From Octopus bimaculoides (Eukaryota), in contig NC_068992.1 in the NCBI RefSeq assembly GCF_001194135.2, forward strand, positions 19,149,618 through 19,213,617: 64,000 nt of DNA, in the 5' to 3' direction. Numbering within the stretch: position 1 is the stretch's first letter; every line of letters starts with the position of its first letter. Shown piece by piece: positions 39,667-51,814 of this stretch. The translations under genes were made by a program, and so were the position numbers. The notes under the pieces were generated by a model that was not told the origin of the DNA, did no database searches, and saw only the letters and a program-made list of their open reading frames with translations.

Positions 39667-40599
39667 GCATCTGTGAACAGAAAGCGCGGTGTCATTGAAC
39701 TATTTATCAATCCTCTTTAAGTTTTCATTTGCAATTGAGTATCTCTTGAAAAGTCCACTGATACACAGCTTATAATAACTATTATTACTACAGGCTTAAG
39801 TAACTCGAATGAATTAATTCACATATGACACAATTTTGAGAATTCGCACGGTTAATAAATTACTTCTATATTAATAATGTTTTGTTTCGTTTCCATACTG
39901 TGCTAAAGAGTATAGCTATAGGTTTTAGCCAACGCTATGTAATATATGTATATAAATGTGTCCTTATGTACAATATATGGATGGACTGTATATACTAGAG
40001 AATATATACATAAATTTTAACTACTATTCCCAACACGGGATTTAATGTAGTGCGACTGTTACTGTTTCCTTCATTTTAGTATGTAAAGATGAGGAGTTTA
40101 CCATTGTCTACACCAAGCAATAGTAGTTAATATTTATGTATATGTTCTTTAGTAGTTACAGAATTTGAAAGAGAAAAAACATGATTAATACGCATGCAGT
40201 TAACAAAATGAGTTAGCTGCAAAAATGTGTTAAACATGCATATTAACTTTTGATATACGTAAGGAAATCATAATATTACGATTATAAGCACTGTCTTTGT
40301 GAAGACGCATAAAGCGGCTACACTACATCTGAGCAAATCCCAATAGAGGACTGTATGTACACTAGCTAATCTCTCTAATTTCTCCACTAAGATACTGTAT
40401 ATAGATAGGAGATATTTCCATCTATCTATTATATATAACATTCACTATAATATATGATATACCTAAATGGCAGCATACATTTATTTGTTCATTGGTACCA
40501 TGTATTGGTAGACTCTTATTATCCAAATATTCATTGAATGAAAACAAATAGGAACAATCCACCTCCTCCTCATCATCATCATAGTCGTCGTCGTCGTCA

Positions 40600-40681
<82 letters not shown>

Positions 40682-40683
<2 letters not shown>

Positions 40684-42300
40684 CATTTACACATAACAGA
40701 TTAGACTGTTGAAAAATTCCTAATATCGGGCTACAACACGTAACCTTAGCTGTCAAAGACCTTCATCCTTTTTTTCTGAAGCTGCACTAAACTAGGCTTT
40801 ATATATATTTCCTCTATCCATCTATACAAATCTTTAGAAATAATTCGTAATGCACCTATAACTACTGTGATACATTTTACCCGCACTTTCCATAGTATCT
40901 GTACTTCAATGGTTAGGTCCTGGTAATTTCCTTGCTTTTCTACACCTCTTATATTGACTTTCTCGTCATTTGGGACTGACAAGTCAATTACATAACATAT
41001 TTTGTTCTTTTTGTCTACAACTATTAAATCAAGCCTTCTAGGTTTTATTACTCAGTCAGTCTGAATGATAAAACCCGTAAATGTCTTATTTTCCTTACTT
41101 TTTAGCATTTTACTAGGTTCATGCCTCTTATCAGTATGTTCAAATCCGAGATTTCTACATAACACCTACAGGATTATTCTCCCTAGATTGACATATCTTT
41201 TCTTGCATTCTTTCTGTGCCTACACACTGCATTCATTAAGTATATCAGTAACACATTCCTCCTTTGATTTACATAACCTGCAATGGGAATCTACCTGATT
41301 TTTGTCTATCTTAAGTATTATCCAGGTACTCCTCAATGTCTGATCATGTGCTGCTACTAACAAACCTTTTCTCTCCTTTTTCAGCCTTCATTCCTGCAAT
41401 CGTAACCATGCTTCATTATTTCTATTTTCTGCCACTTTCTTTGGAAATCTACCATGCCAAGTCATCTCTTGCCAGTCAGACAATCTTGTTTTTTTTTCTG
41501 CTTTTTAACTACAATTGGCTTCATGGCTTTCCTATCTGATACTTTTACACTAGAAGCTCTTCATAAAATCTCCTCACTGTTACCTATATAGGAGGCTATA
41601 TCTAATCTAGCTAAATCAGCATGGTTTTCCAGTGATATTAACACTCTGTCACCTTCCTTCTAGGTAAATACCCTCTTGCTACTCCTGCTTTTTTATGATG
41701 TCCTTCATTTATATTGAACTCTTTCCCAGTTCTTCTGTCTAGTTTAACTAATTTAGATTTTGACCATCTACAAAAGCTGCTGATCCTCTGAATAACGATA
41801 CTGCTCAAGTATTTACAGCCCTTACTAGATTATGACAGTTTAGCCTTGACTTCATCAACTTCCTCTCCCTCCTGATATACTCCTCAATTTTCTATAGATA
41901 GTACTCTGTCAGATTCTAATTCTTCTAGATACTTATAACTTACACTTCTCAGTGATTTCAATGTCTGGCCATCTGGTAATTGAATGCCCTCTCTGCTGAC
42001 TACCTGTCACTTTTTTTATGACCGATACTTGGCACTTGTGTATGCCAATACCATACCTACATATTTGCTGAAGTCTTACAGTCTGTATCAAAGAATCTAC
42101 CACTTTTGTTTTCTTATTCTTAGAAAAAAATTCCGATCATCAATGTAGAGCAAATGCTTAATTTTTCCGTCACGATCTTTAAACTTTTACCTTCCTCAAG
42201 ACTAAACTGAGTGAGATTAAGCATAACACAGATATTAAAAGTGATAACGAGTCTCTGGCGAACTCATCTCTTGATACTAACTTTCCCTAAGTGTGTATCG
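40682..42300 (-). mobile_element. 5'-truncated R4/Dong-like non-LTR retrotransposon, copy 1 (RT to RLE)
   Basis: Minus-strand motifs: DSLSLLISVLCLI (RT motif GDSLSPLLF), KIKHLLYIDD (42133-42165), EGIQLPDGQT, KSRLNCHNLVRAVNT*AVS, a CRLC...C zinc knuckle, RRLDLIVVDKKNKICYVIDLSVPND...LW...VVIGAL and LQK. The 3' end abuts (TAA)n (plus strand (ATT)n, about 40603-40681). Confidence 0.9.
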
Positions 42301-43397
42301 TATCAACTTAGTATTTATTTATTATTTATAGTTTATAATTATTGCCAGTATCTGGTAGCCTCTCTTCTCAATTATTGTGTTTCCCTCTAAAGCTAATGTT
42401 GATTTTATTTATATATTTATTTAAACACGGCATGAATTTGTTCAAACGTAATTACGTTTTGAGTGCCACTGTTGCTTGCAATCTCCTAAATCTGTCTGTC
42501 TATATCTGGTTATTTCTGTCTGTCTAGATTTTCTCGTCTTATCTCTCCATCCCACACATTCTCTCATCAATAGCATTAACATGAACTCTTCAAATTCTGT
42601 CGTAAAAGCTCCAATTATATTCACACTTACCTTCAAAATCTTTGATTATTTAAAGCATTTGCTTTATAAAATTAACATCGGTAAATTATAAGATAACATT
42701 AGCAAATGCTAATTTGCTACAAATGGAAATACTGCGCAGTCTCCATTATTGGCAATCCACGTCGTATAATTCAGTTACCATAATGTCCATGTGAAAGTCG
42801 TAGATACTTGTTTCATTATATTTATATAAAAATAGTTCCATTCTCTCAAGCTGAGATAAAACTAATATTTATTTAGAGCTAAAATCAGAAATATGAAGGA
42901 ATAGAATTATTAGACTCATATGGACATTTATAGATCAACGTGGACTTTCAGAAATTCCCGTGTGATCACGGACATTCATGAACCTTCGTACAAGACTAAG
43001 GAAGAGTAAAAAAGCGCATGATAATGCTTGAGTTGAGTTACATTTCTAGCAGGTCATGCAACCACATACAGGCTCCGTCGTGGGTCAGTCGCAGTAGTAA
43101 TTTTGTAAAAATAATGAACCGGAAGTTGTTGTTCGCAAACAGCAGCAGTAATTTTCTTCAGCTGAATACACGTCATTAATTAGGTAAAATTACCCAGACA
43201 AGACAACTTTAAATCGAAATATCATCTAAAATACAAAATTTTGTCAAAAACCCTGTTCTACGAGACACATTCAAACAGTATCCGAAGTTTCAAAGTGTTT
43301 AACTAAAATGAATTAATTAAAAAATCTGTGATTGAACTGGAAAAGATCCGTGATTTTAACAAATATATAGATGAAAAGTTAATAATAATAATAATAA

Positions 43398-43980
43398 TTA
43401 ATTCGTTTTATTGGCCACAAGGGCTAATATCAATTCAAAACATATAAGGACAAAGGCAGGACGAAGGTTACAAAAGGTTTTGTCCGAAAAGGTAGGAAAG
43501 TTCGTCTAAACAGAGGAAGAAAACGGAGAAAGATATAATAAATAAATAGATAAATAAATAAGTAGAACTCCCAAAGGGGGAGGCGCTTCGAAAAAGGAAA
43601 GGTTACACGTGGAAAAACTCATAAAACCACGGGAGCCTGGTCAGAAAAAATAAGAAAGGGGTATAGAGCCCTTTCTCCTTTTGCATTACCTTTTTTCTTC
43701 TTTTTTTTTTATCTACAGGTGTNNNNNNNNNNGGTCCGTTTATACTGGCCATTCTTGCAACAGTCACCCATCTTTCAACGAATTTGCTATGAGACAGCAC
43801 TTCCCTCTCTACTCTCATCTTCCTTTTCAAGTGGAACTTGAAAAAGTTGATGAGGCCTTGGCCAAAGAGGAAAGTGTCTGTCTTTAGCCTTTTCAAACAG
43901 GTCCACCATATCACCTCTTTCGCTACAGCCACTAGGCATAGGAAATTGCCTTGCCCTCCCGGTTAAAGGAGGTCGGTGGG
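43398..43980 (-). mobile_element. 5'-truncated Tx1/L1-like LINE 3' end
   Basis: ORF end VAVAKEVIWWTCLKRLKTDTFLFGQGLINFFKFHLKRKMRVEREVLSHSKFVERWVTVARM (43603..43932) resembles L1/Tx1 ORF2 C-termini. A minus-strand AATAAA lies at 43407-43412. Both sides are flanked by plus-strand (TAA)n. Confidence 0.65.
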
Positions 43981-44003
43981 TAATAATAATAATGATAATA
44001 ATG

Positions 44004-44059
<56 letters not shown>

Positions 44060-44060
<1 letters not shown>

Positions 44061-44140
44061 TTGTCTCAAGGACATTAATTTCAGGGAAGGTGGTATGACG
44101 ATTACATCGATCCCAGAGATCAATTGGTACTTATCCAATA
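44060..44140 (-). mobile_element. SINE family A 3' fragment
   Basis: GATTACATCGATCCCAG...TGGTACTTAT. Confidence 0.6.
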
Positions 44141-44926
44141 GACACACACACACATAGATACAAATATGTATGCGTGTGTGTGTGAACACATATATATAGA
44201 GAGAGAGAAAGAGAGGGAGGAGGCAGGGGAAGAGATAGGGGGAGTGAAAGAAAGAGAGAGAGAGAGAGAGGAAAGGAAGGGGGAGTATGAAAAGTCTATT
44301 CGTCTGGCATAGGAGACAAGCGATGAATGGATCATGTCAAAGTGAGGCAAGGAGGAGGAAAATACTAATTTAATTAGAGTGTGCGGGACTTAAAGATCGA
44401 CTGCACCAAGAAACCTCTTCAAAATAAATTAATGCTCTTGTAGATTATCAATTCGGAAACTGGCCTCAGTGTTATCGGGAATGAAGAAGATACGTTCAGA
44501 GAAGGTGAGATTAAATGGTAAGCAGACTGGAAAGTGGTGTGAACGTGGCGGGAGCGGATGATGAGGATGGCAGAGGGTGTAAAGAGAACAAAGTTCATAA
44601 GCAAGACAAAACAATCAGATTAAGTGAAGGGACAGCAGTAACTGGAGGAAGAAGCAGGCATGAAAGCAACTGACCATAGCAAAGATATTTAGGTGCTGAA
44701 GTCTATCTTAAATTGAGATTGTCTTTATTATTTGGTCAGTTGTACTAAGCAATTGATACATGCTCTCATACCTACACATACACGTGCGTGCACACGTACA
44801 CACATATACATACGCACGCACACACACGCCGCACAACGCATAAAATCAAGCAAGCAATAGTATATGTATGAATGTGTATACACTGCTACACTCACCACTA
44901 TATATACACGTATACAACACACAATG

Positions 44927-45465
44927 TATGTTGGGGCTGGAGTGCAGAGGGTTTCCTAGCTTTAATCCTATCGCGAAAGTGCTGGTTCGAGGCCCAACCT
45001 TCCGAGTACTTTTACACTAGGGGTCGGAGAACTTTTTAAACCAATTACCCCAAAATATATTTATTTAGACCGACGTTACCACTTTGATTTGAAAGGAAAA
45101 GAATCATAAATTCTTTTAATTCAAAAGGTTTATTGAATCTATCTTATCGAATATATTTATAGTTATCTCTTTATACGTCTATTACATAGGACAAATGCAG
45201 TGTTGTCACAAGAATATCTTCTGTCAAAACAAGGAACACGATTTTTAAAATCCTCATTACCCACAAGAATTTCATTTTTACCCCACTTGAAGTAACTTAC
45301 CCCTATTCACCGATCCCTGTTTTACAGAGCTTAAAAAAAATCTGAAGAGCTTCTGCAAGAAGTGTTCCTATTGGAGAGGGGAATATGTTCAATAAAATCA
45401 TAATTAACTGATCTTCCTGTATTTTCTTTTACCCAAAGCCAAGACCTTGTCAGCACCTTCTCGTA
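44927..45465 (+). mobile_element. Mariner-type MITE, copy 3, interrupted by a hAT MITE
   Basis: The left part TTTCCTAGCTTTAA...TCGCGAAAG...GGCCCAACCTTCCGAGTACTTTTAC and the right part ATATGTTCAATAAAATCATAATTAACTGATC...CAGCACCTTCTCGTA join into the same element as 15307-15516. Confidence 0.8.
45018..45319. mobile_element. hAT-type MITE with 8-bp TSD
   Basis: TIRs TAGGGGTCGGAGAAC (45018) and ATTCACCGATCCCTG (to 45319). Flanks TTTTACAC (45010-45017) and TTTTACAG (45320-45327) match at 7 of 8 positions. Confidence 0.85.
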
Positions 45466-45614
45466 AATATCCAATATTCTAGCATAACAGAGGCGGGAAT
45501 TCGACATTCAATGTGAGTTGAGGAAAGAACTAAGCCCCATTCTCAAGCAAAGTTGGATTCAGAATCGCAATGTTACGTTACATTTTACGATGATACTATA
45601 ATGAGAAACAGCGT

Positions 45615-45810
45615 TGAGCGGTCAGCTAGCAGAAGAGTTAGAACGCCGGACAAAACGCTTTAGCAGCATTTCTTCCGGTTTTACGGTCTGAATTCCAATA
45701 CAATTTTTCAACTTTTGGAGTCAATGAAAGAAGTACCAGTCGATTACTGGGGTGGATGTAATAGATTTCCCACTCCCTCAAAAGTGCCGACCATGTGCTA
45801 GCAGTTAGAA
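45615..45810 (+). mobile_element. SINE family A (degenerate)
   Basis: GCTAGCAGAAGAGTTAGAACGCCGGACAAAACGCTT...AAGTACCAGTCG...TGGGGTGGATGTAATAGA. Confidence 0.75.
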
Positions 45811-46219
45811 AACGTTATGATAAAAGTGTTCATTGCTTAACAATATATGTCGCAATATCCTTTACACCTTAAGGCAGCGAGCTGACAATGTCTTTTTAAA
45901 ATCGATTATAGGATATAACGTGGAACTTTCTTTATCACAGTTAACCAAATTGTAAAATGTACAAGTACTTAATCAAATTGTGTGCGTCAGCTAGAACCAA
46001 CAAATCTGATATTCTAACAGTATTATCACTATGACAAAATGGCTTAATCATGGATTACGGGATTAGTAGCATGCAGTATTTCTAAACATATATAAACACT
46101 AGCCGTAATCCTAACCAAATCGAGCTTTTATTCCCAGTTACAGCATTTAATGTAGTATATATTATATTGTACAAATACTAATAATCTTTTAAAACAGATT
46201 CGAAGTATTCACTCAAGTA

Positions 46220-46399
46220 AGCTTTGGGGAAGGAAGTAAGTCCATAACATCGACCCCAGTGTTCAGCTAGTACTTACTTTATCGATCCCAAATGGATGAA
46301 AGGCAAAGTCAACATCCGCGGAATTCGAAGCCAGAATGTGTTGTGTAGTCGGACAAAATATTGCACGGCGTGATAACGAGTCTGCCAGCTCGCCGTCCT
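46220..46399 (-). mobile_element. SINE family A
   Basis: CATCGACCCCAGTG...TACTTACTTTATCGATCCC...GGATGAAAGGCAAAGTC...TCTGCCAGCTCGCCG. Confidence 0.88.
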
Positions 46400-46438
46400 C
46401 ATATTTACATATTAAAATAACTTACACATCTTATACGT

Positions 46439-46960
46439 AGGCGCAGGAATGGCTGTGTGGTAAGAAGCTGGCTTTCCAACAACATGCTTCTTGTTTCAGT
46501 TCTACTATGTAGCACCTTGGGCAACTATCTTCCTCTATAGGTTCGAGCCGACCAAAGCCTTGTAAGTGGATTTGGTAGACGGAAGCTGAAAGAAATCCGT
46601 CGTATATATNNNNNNNNNNNNNNNNNNNNNNNNNNNNNNNNNNNNNNNNNNNNNNNNNNNNNNNNNNNNNNNNNNNNNNNNNNNNNNNNNNNNNNNNNNN
46701 NNNNNNNNNNNNNNNNNNNNNNNNNNNNNNNNNNNNNNNNNNNNNNNNNNNNNNNNNNNTAAAGAAAAGAACCAAGGTTCATGAGTGTCTGTGTTTGTCT
46801 CCCCCACCATCGATTGACGACTGATGTTGGTGTCTTTATGTTCATGTAACCTAGGAATTCGGCAAAAGACTGATAGAATAAGTCCTGGGGTAGATTTGCT
46901 CAACTAAGGATGGTGGTCCAGCATGGCCACAGTCAAATTGACTGGAACCAGTAAAAGAAT
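46439..46960 (+). mobile_element. tRNA-derived SINE, family C (internal microsatellite and gap)
   Basis: Head AGGCGCAGGAATGGCTGTGTGGTAAGAAG, CACCTTGGGCAA core-like segment, GTGGATTTGGTAGACGG, then (TA)/gap, then 3' half ...CCAGCATGGCCACAGTCAAATTGACTGGAACCAGTAAAAGAAT. Confidence 0.88.
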
Positions 46961-48131
46961 CTGTCTACTCCATTTCAAAAGCTCACCCAAAGCAAGGATG
47001 AATTTCCACGATATTTAAGCATATGATAGTAATTGTAATTCTCTAATGGCCGATAAAAATAAATCCCTGTTTATAAGAGATTCATTTATACGTGGATATG
47101 TTCAAGCATTTTAATAACCAGACTGTCGGACTTCATAACATAATTATATAGTCTCTAATCATTTCTGTTTGTTTCCTTATATTATTCCTGAGACATTTTG
47201 TATAATTCAACAGTATTCGAATGGAGACTAACATGTTATCAGTTAATTAGATTAATATAATAGATAATAGACCCTTAATAATGTATAGTGTCGTCTAACA
47301 ATGTAAATCATTCGGTGGAGCTCAGTCTAATTTAGATACGTATTAATGTATAATACTTCAGTGGAATAGAGTTAATTTAAGGAAGAAAATTTAGACAACG
47401 TCAAAAAATTATTAGCACTCTCTGTCGAAAAAATGCGGTGAATCAGCATTAATAATTAATCGCTACTTTTATCGTCAGTAAAAAATCTCTGTTATAAACG
47501 CTATCCGTTTATTTGCATGCTAACGAAATTGAAAAAAGAATGGATGTATTTTAATTATTAGAATAATAAAATACTTTTTCCTCATAATGAAAATATAATA
47601 ATAATTCAAATTATACTTATTAAGATCGACGAATATTCTTCTTTACCGTTGTTTATTGAAAGCATGATCCAAGTACCTCTGTTATCTCACTCATTTCCCT
47701 TGCTTGATTTACCCCTAACCTGCTTCCCTTACTACCTAAATTGAAATTACTGCTATCTTGCCCCTCTTTCTAGAAAGAAGAACAAATAGAATATATAGAA
47801 ATTAAATTCCTGTCTGGTTCACTACACTGTTTATTAACAGCCCAGTCAAGATGGTATTTTCTTCATCTCCTACTCTTGTATTTGCACACATTTACAAAAT
47901 GACTTTCTGAAATGAACCTCCATTATGCAGCTGAGGAGTACATTTTCATTGCACATCTTATGTGGTGTTCTCACTACATAAATACGTACTGCTATAACCT
48001 AATACATTTTTGATGCTTTTTTTTCAAATTTTATTCACCAAATCTCTTGATTTTGTTTTTGGTTTTTACCCTACCAAATTCTGGTGCCACAAACATTTTA
48101 AGTACCACATTTAATCTTTTGATTAAATCTA

Positions 48132-48185
<54 letters not shown>

Positions 48186-48220
48186 NNNNNNNNNNNNNNN
48201 NNNNNNNNNNNNNNNNNNNN

Positions 48221-48943
48221 ATGATCTTGTTTTCTCCATGCGCAGTTTTCTTGCGCCTACAGAGTATCTCAACAGGCATGACAGAGCTGCACAATATATT
48301 CACTGCGTAATTTGCAAAATCTGGACTTGCTCCACGATAAAAAAAAACTGGTGGGAACACAAACCACCCCCAGTGCTTGAAAATGATCACATCTTACTCC
48401 GCTGGAACTTCACTCTTCAAACTGACAGAAAGATAGATACGAATAGGCCAGATATTATATTAAAAGGCTTCAGACAAAAATCATGCCTCCCCATTGATAT
48501 GACTGTCCCAATCGATATAAACGTATCTGTCAAGACCTACCAAAAACTGAGGAAGTATAAAGATCTTGAAATAGAAATTGGCAAAATCTGGAACCTGAAT
48601 ACTAAAACAATACCTGTTGTCATTGGTGCCCTAGGAATGATAGGAAAAGGGGCTGATCGCTACCTGGCTCAAATACCAAAGTTGCAGAAATTCAAAAGAT
48701 AGTGCTCAGGGAAACTGCCCATATCCTACGTTAAAGGCTGTCTATGTAATCTCAAATTTTAAAGCAATCTTATAATTTTCTTATGGTTTCTTAATCATTC
48801 TCTAGAATAATACAATGTACAAAACCAAATATATGGCACCCTAGGCATAACAGCAACATGAACTTCTAACTTGTTGTCTCTTGAGGTCTCTGTGTGAGAC
48901 TTGGAGCTATCTTCTAGAAATGCAAAGCAAATGTCTAACATAA
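48221..48943 (+). mobile_element. R4/Dong-like non-LTR retrotransposon, copy 2 (RLE domain plus 3' UTR)
   Basis: ORF 48238..48702 reads YLNRHDRAAQYIH...WWEHKPPPVLEN...TDRKIDTNRPDIILK...IDMTVP...KYKDLEIEI..IW...IPVVIGALG, then a frameshifted QKIVLRETAHILR. It is followed by a 3' UTR and (TAA)n at about 48944-49107. Confidence 0.92.
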
Positions 48944-48950
48944 AATAATA

Positions 48951-49004
<54 letters not shown>

Positions 49005-49106
49005 TTGATGATTATGATGATGATGATGGTGATGATGATGATGATAATACTAATAATAATAATAATAATTATAATAATAATAATGATAATTATAATAATA
49101 ATAATA

Positions 49107-49323
49107 ATGGTTTCAAATTTTTCCACAATGGCAAGAATCTTAGAGGAGAGAATGAGTCGATTACATCGACCATAGTGTTTCACTGGTGTTTATTTTATCG
49201 ATCCCTTAAAGAATGAAAGGCAAAGACGACCTCAGCGGAATTTGAACTCAGAACGAGAGGTCAGACGAAATGCCGAAAAAAGTTTTGCCCGAAGTGCTAA
49301 CGATTCTGCAACGTGACCGCCTT
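49107..49323 (-). mobile_element. SINE family A
   Basis: GGTTTCAAATTTTTCCACAA...GTCGATTACATCGAC...GAATTTGAACTCAGAAC...GCTAACGATTCTGC...CCGCCTT. Confidence 0.9.
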
Positions 49324-49368
49324 ATTTAATATAACAACAACAGCAACAACGACAACAACAACGACAGC

Positions 49369-49401
<33 letters not shown>

Positions 49402-49405
49402 AATA

Positions 49406-49436
<31 letters not shown>

Positions 49437-49970
49437 TATCCCTCTAGATATCCTGGGAGACTGCAACTACAATATACAGTTGATATAACAACACTCATAT
49501 CCGATATCTCTAACAAGTTAGTGGGTAATTTGGATGTGTACTTTCTAGATCAACAAGAAATAGATAAACGGTTGACCGTTTAAATTTGTAGATTCTATAT
49601 TTTATAAATTGTAATTATAAGTTTTATTGGTCGCGTAATTGAGATGTTCAATACACTAAAAATATTCAAACTGGTTAAATATCTTAATGCACTCGATAAA
49701 TGACGATAATGACTGTGTGATGCGTACATTAATATATATTCACGTGTAGCAACAATTTATCACATCCGGGAAATATTATGATAAGCGTTGTTTATCTATG
49801 AAAAAAAAAAAAAAAACTTTAATACTTATTACCTCATCTTCCTGAACAGCGCCAGCTTTGGTAATTGGGGATATGTTTCATTTCAATTGATAAAAGGTAT
49901 GCTATTTAGAATTTCCCAACCACAATGACTGCTATTACTTGTATTAGAGATTGATACTATCTGTGCTATC

Positions 49971-50345
49971 TTGTTGGCACTCCGTCGCTTACGACGTCGA
50001 GGGTTCCAGTTGATCCGATAAACGGAACAGCCTGCTCATGAAATTAACGTGCAAGTGGCTGAGCACTCCACAGACACGTGTCACCTTAACGTAGTTCTCG
50101 GTGATATTCAGCGTGACACAGTTTGACAAGGCTGACCCTTTGAATTACAAACACAACAGAAACAGGAAGTAAGAGTGAGAGAAAGTTGTGGTGGAAGAGT
50201 ACAGCAAGGTTCACCACCATCCCCTGCCGGAACCTTGTGGAGCTTTAGGTGTTTTCGCTCAATAAACACGCCTGGTCTGGGAGTCGAAACCGCGATGCTA
50301 TGACCGCGAGTCCGCTGCCCTAACCACTGGGCCATTGCGCCTCCA
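49971..50345 (-). mobile_element. SINE family B (near full length)
   Basis: Colinear and highly similar to 37361-37736. Confidence 0.95.
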
Positions 50346-50986
50346 CTTCTGTGTTACCTAAGTATTCTGTTAATGTAGCAGAGCAGTGAGGGTTACAGAC
50401 CTTCAATAACATGATTAATCTGTAGTACTATGCGAAACACTGACGCTTTGATTCGTTGCTAGAAAAATACTGAATCGCCTACCAGTGGATATATTTCGAT
50501 ATTTATTACTAAACGAATCATAAAGATATAATTCGAAAATTCAACTTCACAGCAATAGGAACAGTAGGAGTAGCAGCAGCAGTAGCAGCGGTAGAAGCAG
50601 TAGGAGTAGCAGCGGCAGCTGTGGTACTAGAATTATTGCGCAATATTCATCAGGGACGGATAGAAACTGCCAAAAATCTACAGCGATACGATCAATGATG
50701 TCATTGATAGGTTTAATACTTTCATTACTATTTATTCTGGATCCTATCGTCTTCATTGTGGGAATATTTCCGCTGGCCTCTAAACTTTTCGAGTGCTATA
50801 ATTGATTATAAGTAGAGTTGTATTCCCTGGGGTTTTCATTCGTGATCTGTCGGTGTAGTTAAACAAATATAATCTTAGTCCCAATGTTACTTACAGAATG
50901 TTTCCCGTTTGAGAACCAAAACACTTAAACATACACACGCGCATACAGAGATAGATTGATAGACAGTCCTTTCTACTCTCTACACA

Positions 50987-51164
50987 TGGCCCGAAAATTT
51001 TGCGGATGTGGGACCAGTCGATTAGATCGACCCAGTACGTAACTGGTATTTAATTTATCGACCCCCGAAAGAATTCAAGGCAAAGTCGACCTCGGTAGAA
51101 TGTTAACTTAGAACTTGAAGACAGATGAAATACCGTTAGATATTTCGCCCGGCATCCTAACGTT
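50987..51164 (-). mobile_element. SINE family A
   Basis: GTCGATTAGATCGACCCAG...TTTATCGACCCCCGAAAG...GTCGACCTCGG...TATTTCGCCCGGCATCCTAACG. Confidence 0.88.
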
Positions 51165-51298
51165 TCTTATTTCTTTATTGCTCACAAGTTGCTAAACACA
51201 GCGGGGACAAACAAGGACAGACAAAGTGATTAAGTCGATTACATCAACCCCAGTGCTTAACTGGTACTTAATTTATCGATCCCGAAAGGATGAAAGGC
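51165..51298 (-). mobile_element. SINE family A variant with a different 3' tail (truncated by gap)
   Basis: Family A core (AAGTCGATTACATCAACCCCAG...TTTATCGATCCCGAAAGGATGAAAGGC) joined to the tail TTTCTTTATTGCTCACAAG...GGACAAACAAGGACAGAC instead of the usual GGTTTCAAATTTTGGCACAAG. Confidence 0.85.
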
Positions 51299-51780
51299 NN
51301 NNNNNNNNNNNNNNNNNNNNNNNNNNNNNNNNNNNNNNNNNNNNNNNNNNNNNNNNNNNNNNNNNNNNNNNNNNNNNNNNNNNNNNNNNNNNNNNNNNNN
51401 NNNNNNNNNNNNNNNNNNNNNNNNNNNNNNNNNNNNNNNNNNNNNNNNNNNNNNNNNNNNNNNNNNNNNNNNNNNNNNNNNNNNNNNNNNNNNNNNNNNN
51501 NNNNNNNNNNNNNNNNNNNNNNNNNNNNNNNNNNNNNNNNNNNNNNNNNNNNNNNNNNNNNNNNNNNNNNNNNNNNNNNNNNNNNNNNNNNNNNNNNNNN
51601 NNNNNNNNNNNNNNNNNNNNNNNNNNNNNNNNNNNNNNNNNNNNNNNNNNNNNNNNNNNNNNNNNNNNNNNNNNNNNNNNNNNNNNNNNNNNNNNNNNNN
51701 NNNNNNNNNNNNNNNNNNNNNNNNNNNNNNNNNNNNNNNNNNNNNNNNNNNNNNNNNNNNNNNNNNNNNNNNNNNNNNNN

Positions 51781-51811
<31 letters not shown>

Positions 51812-51814
<3 letters not shown>

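Noticed and set aside
42890-43372. Possible non-autonomous Helitron (minus-strand A|TCTATATAT start at 43371, small CCGTG/CACGG hairpin near 42958)
   Set aside because: I found no convincing CTRR 3' end at the right distance from a hairpin. It is probably a repeat, but I could not classify it.
50533-50615. Imperfect (GCA/GTA/GGA) repeat giving poly-Ala/Thr or poly-Leu frames
   Set aside because: It is a degenerate trinucleotide microsatellite, and the flanking frames close quickly.
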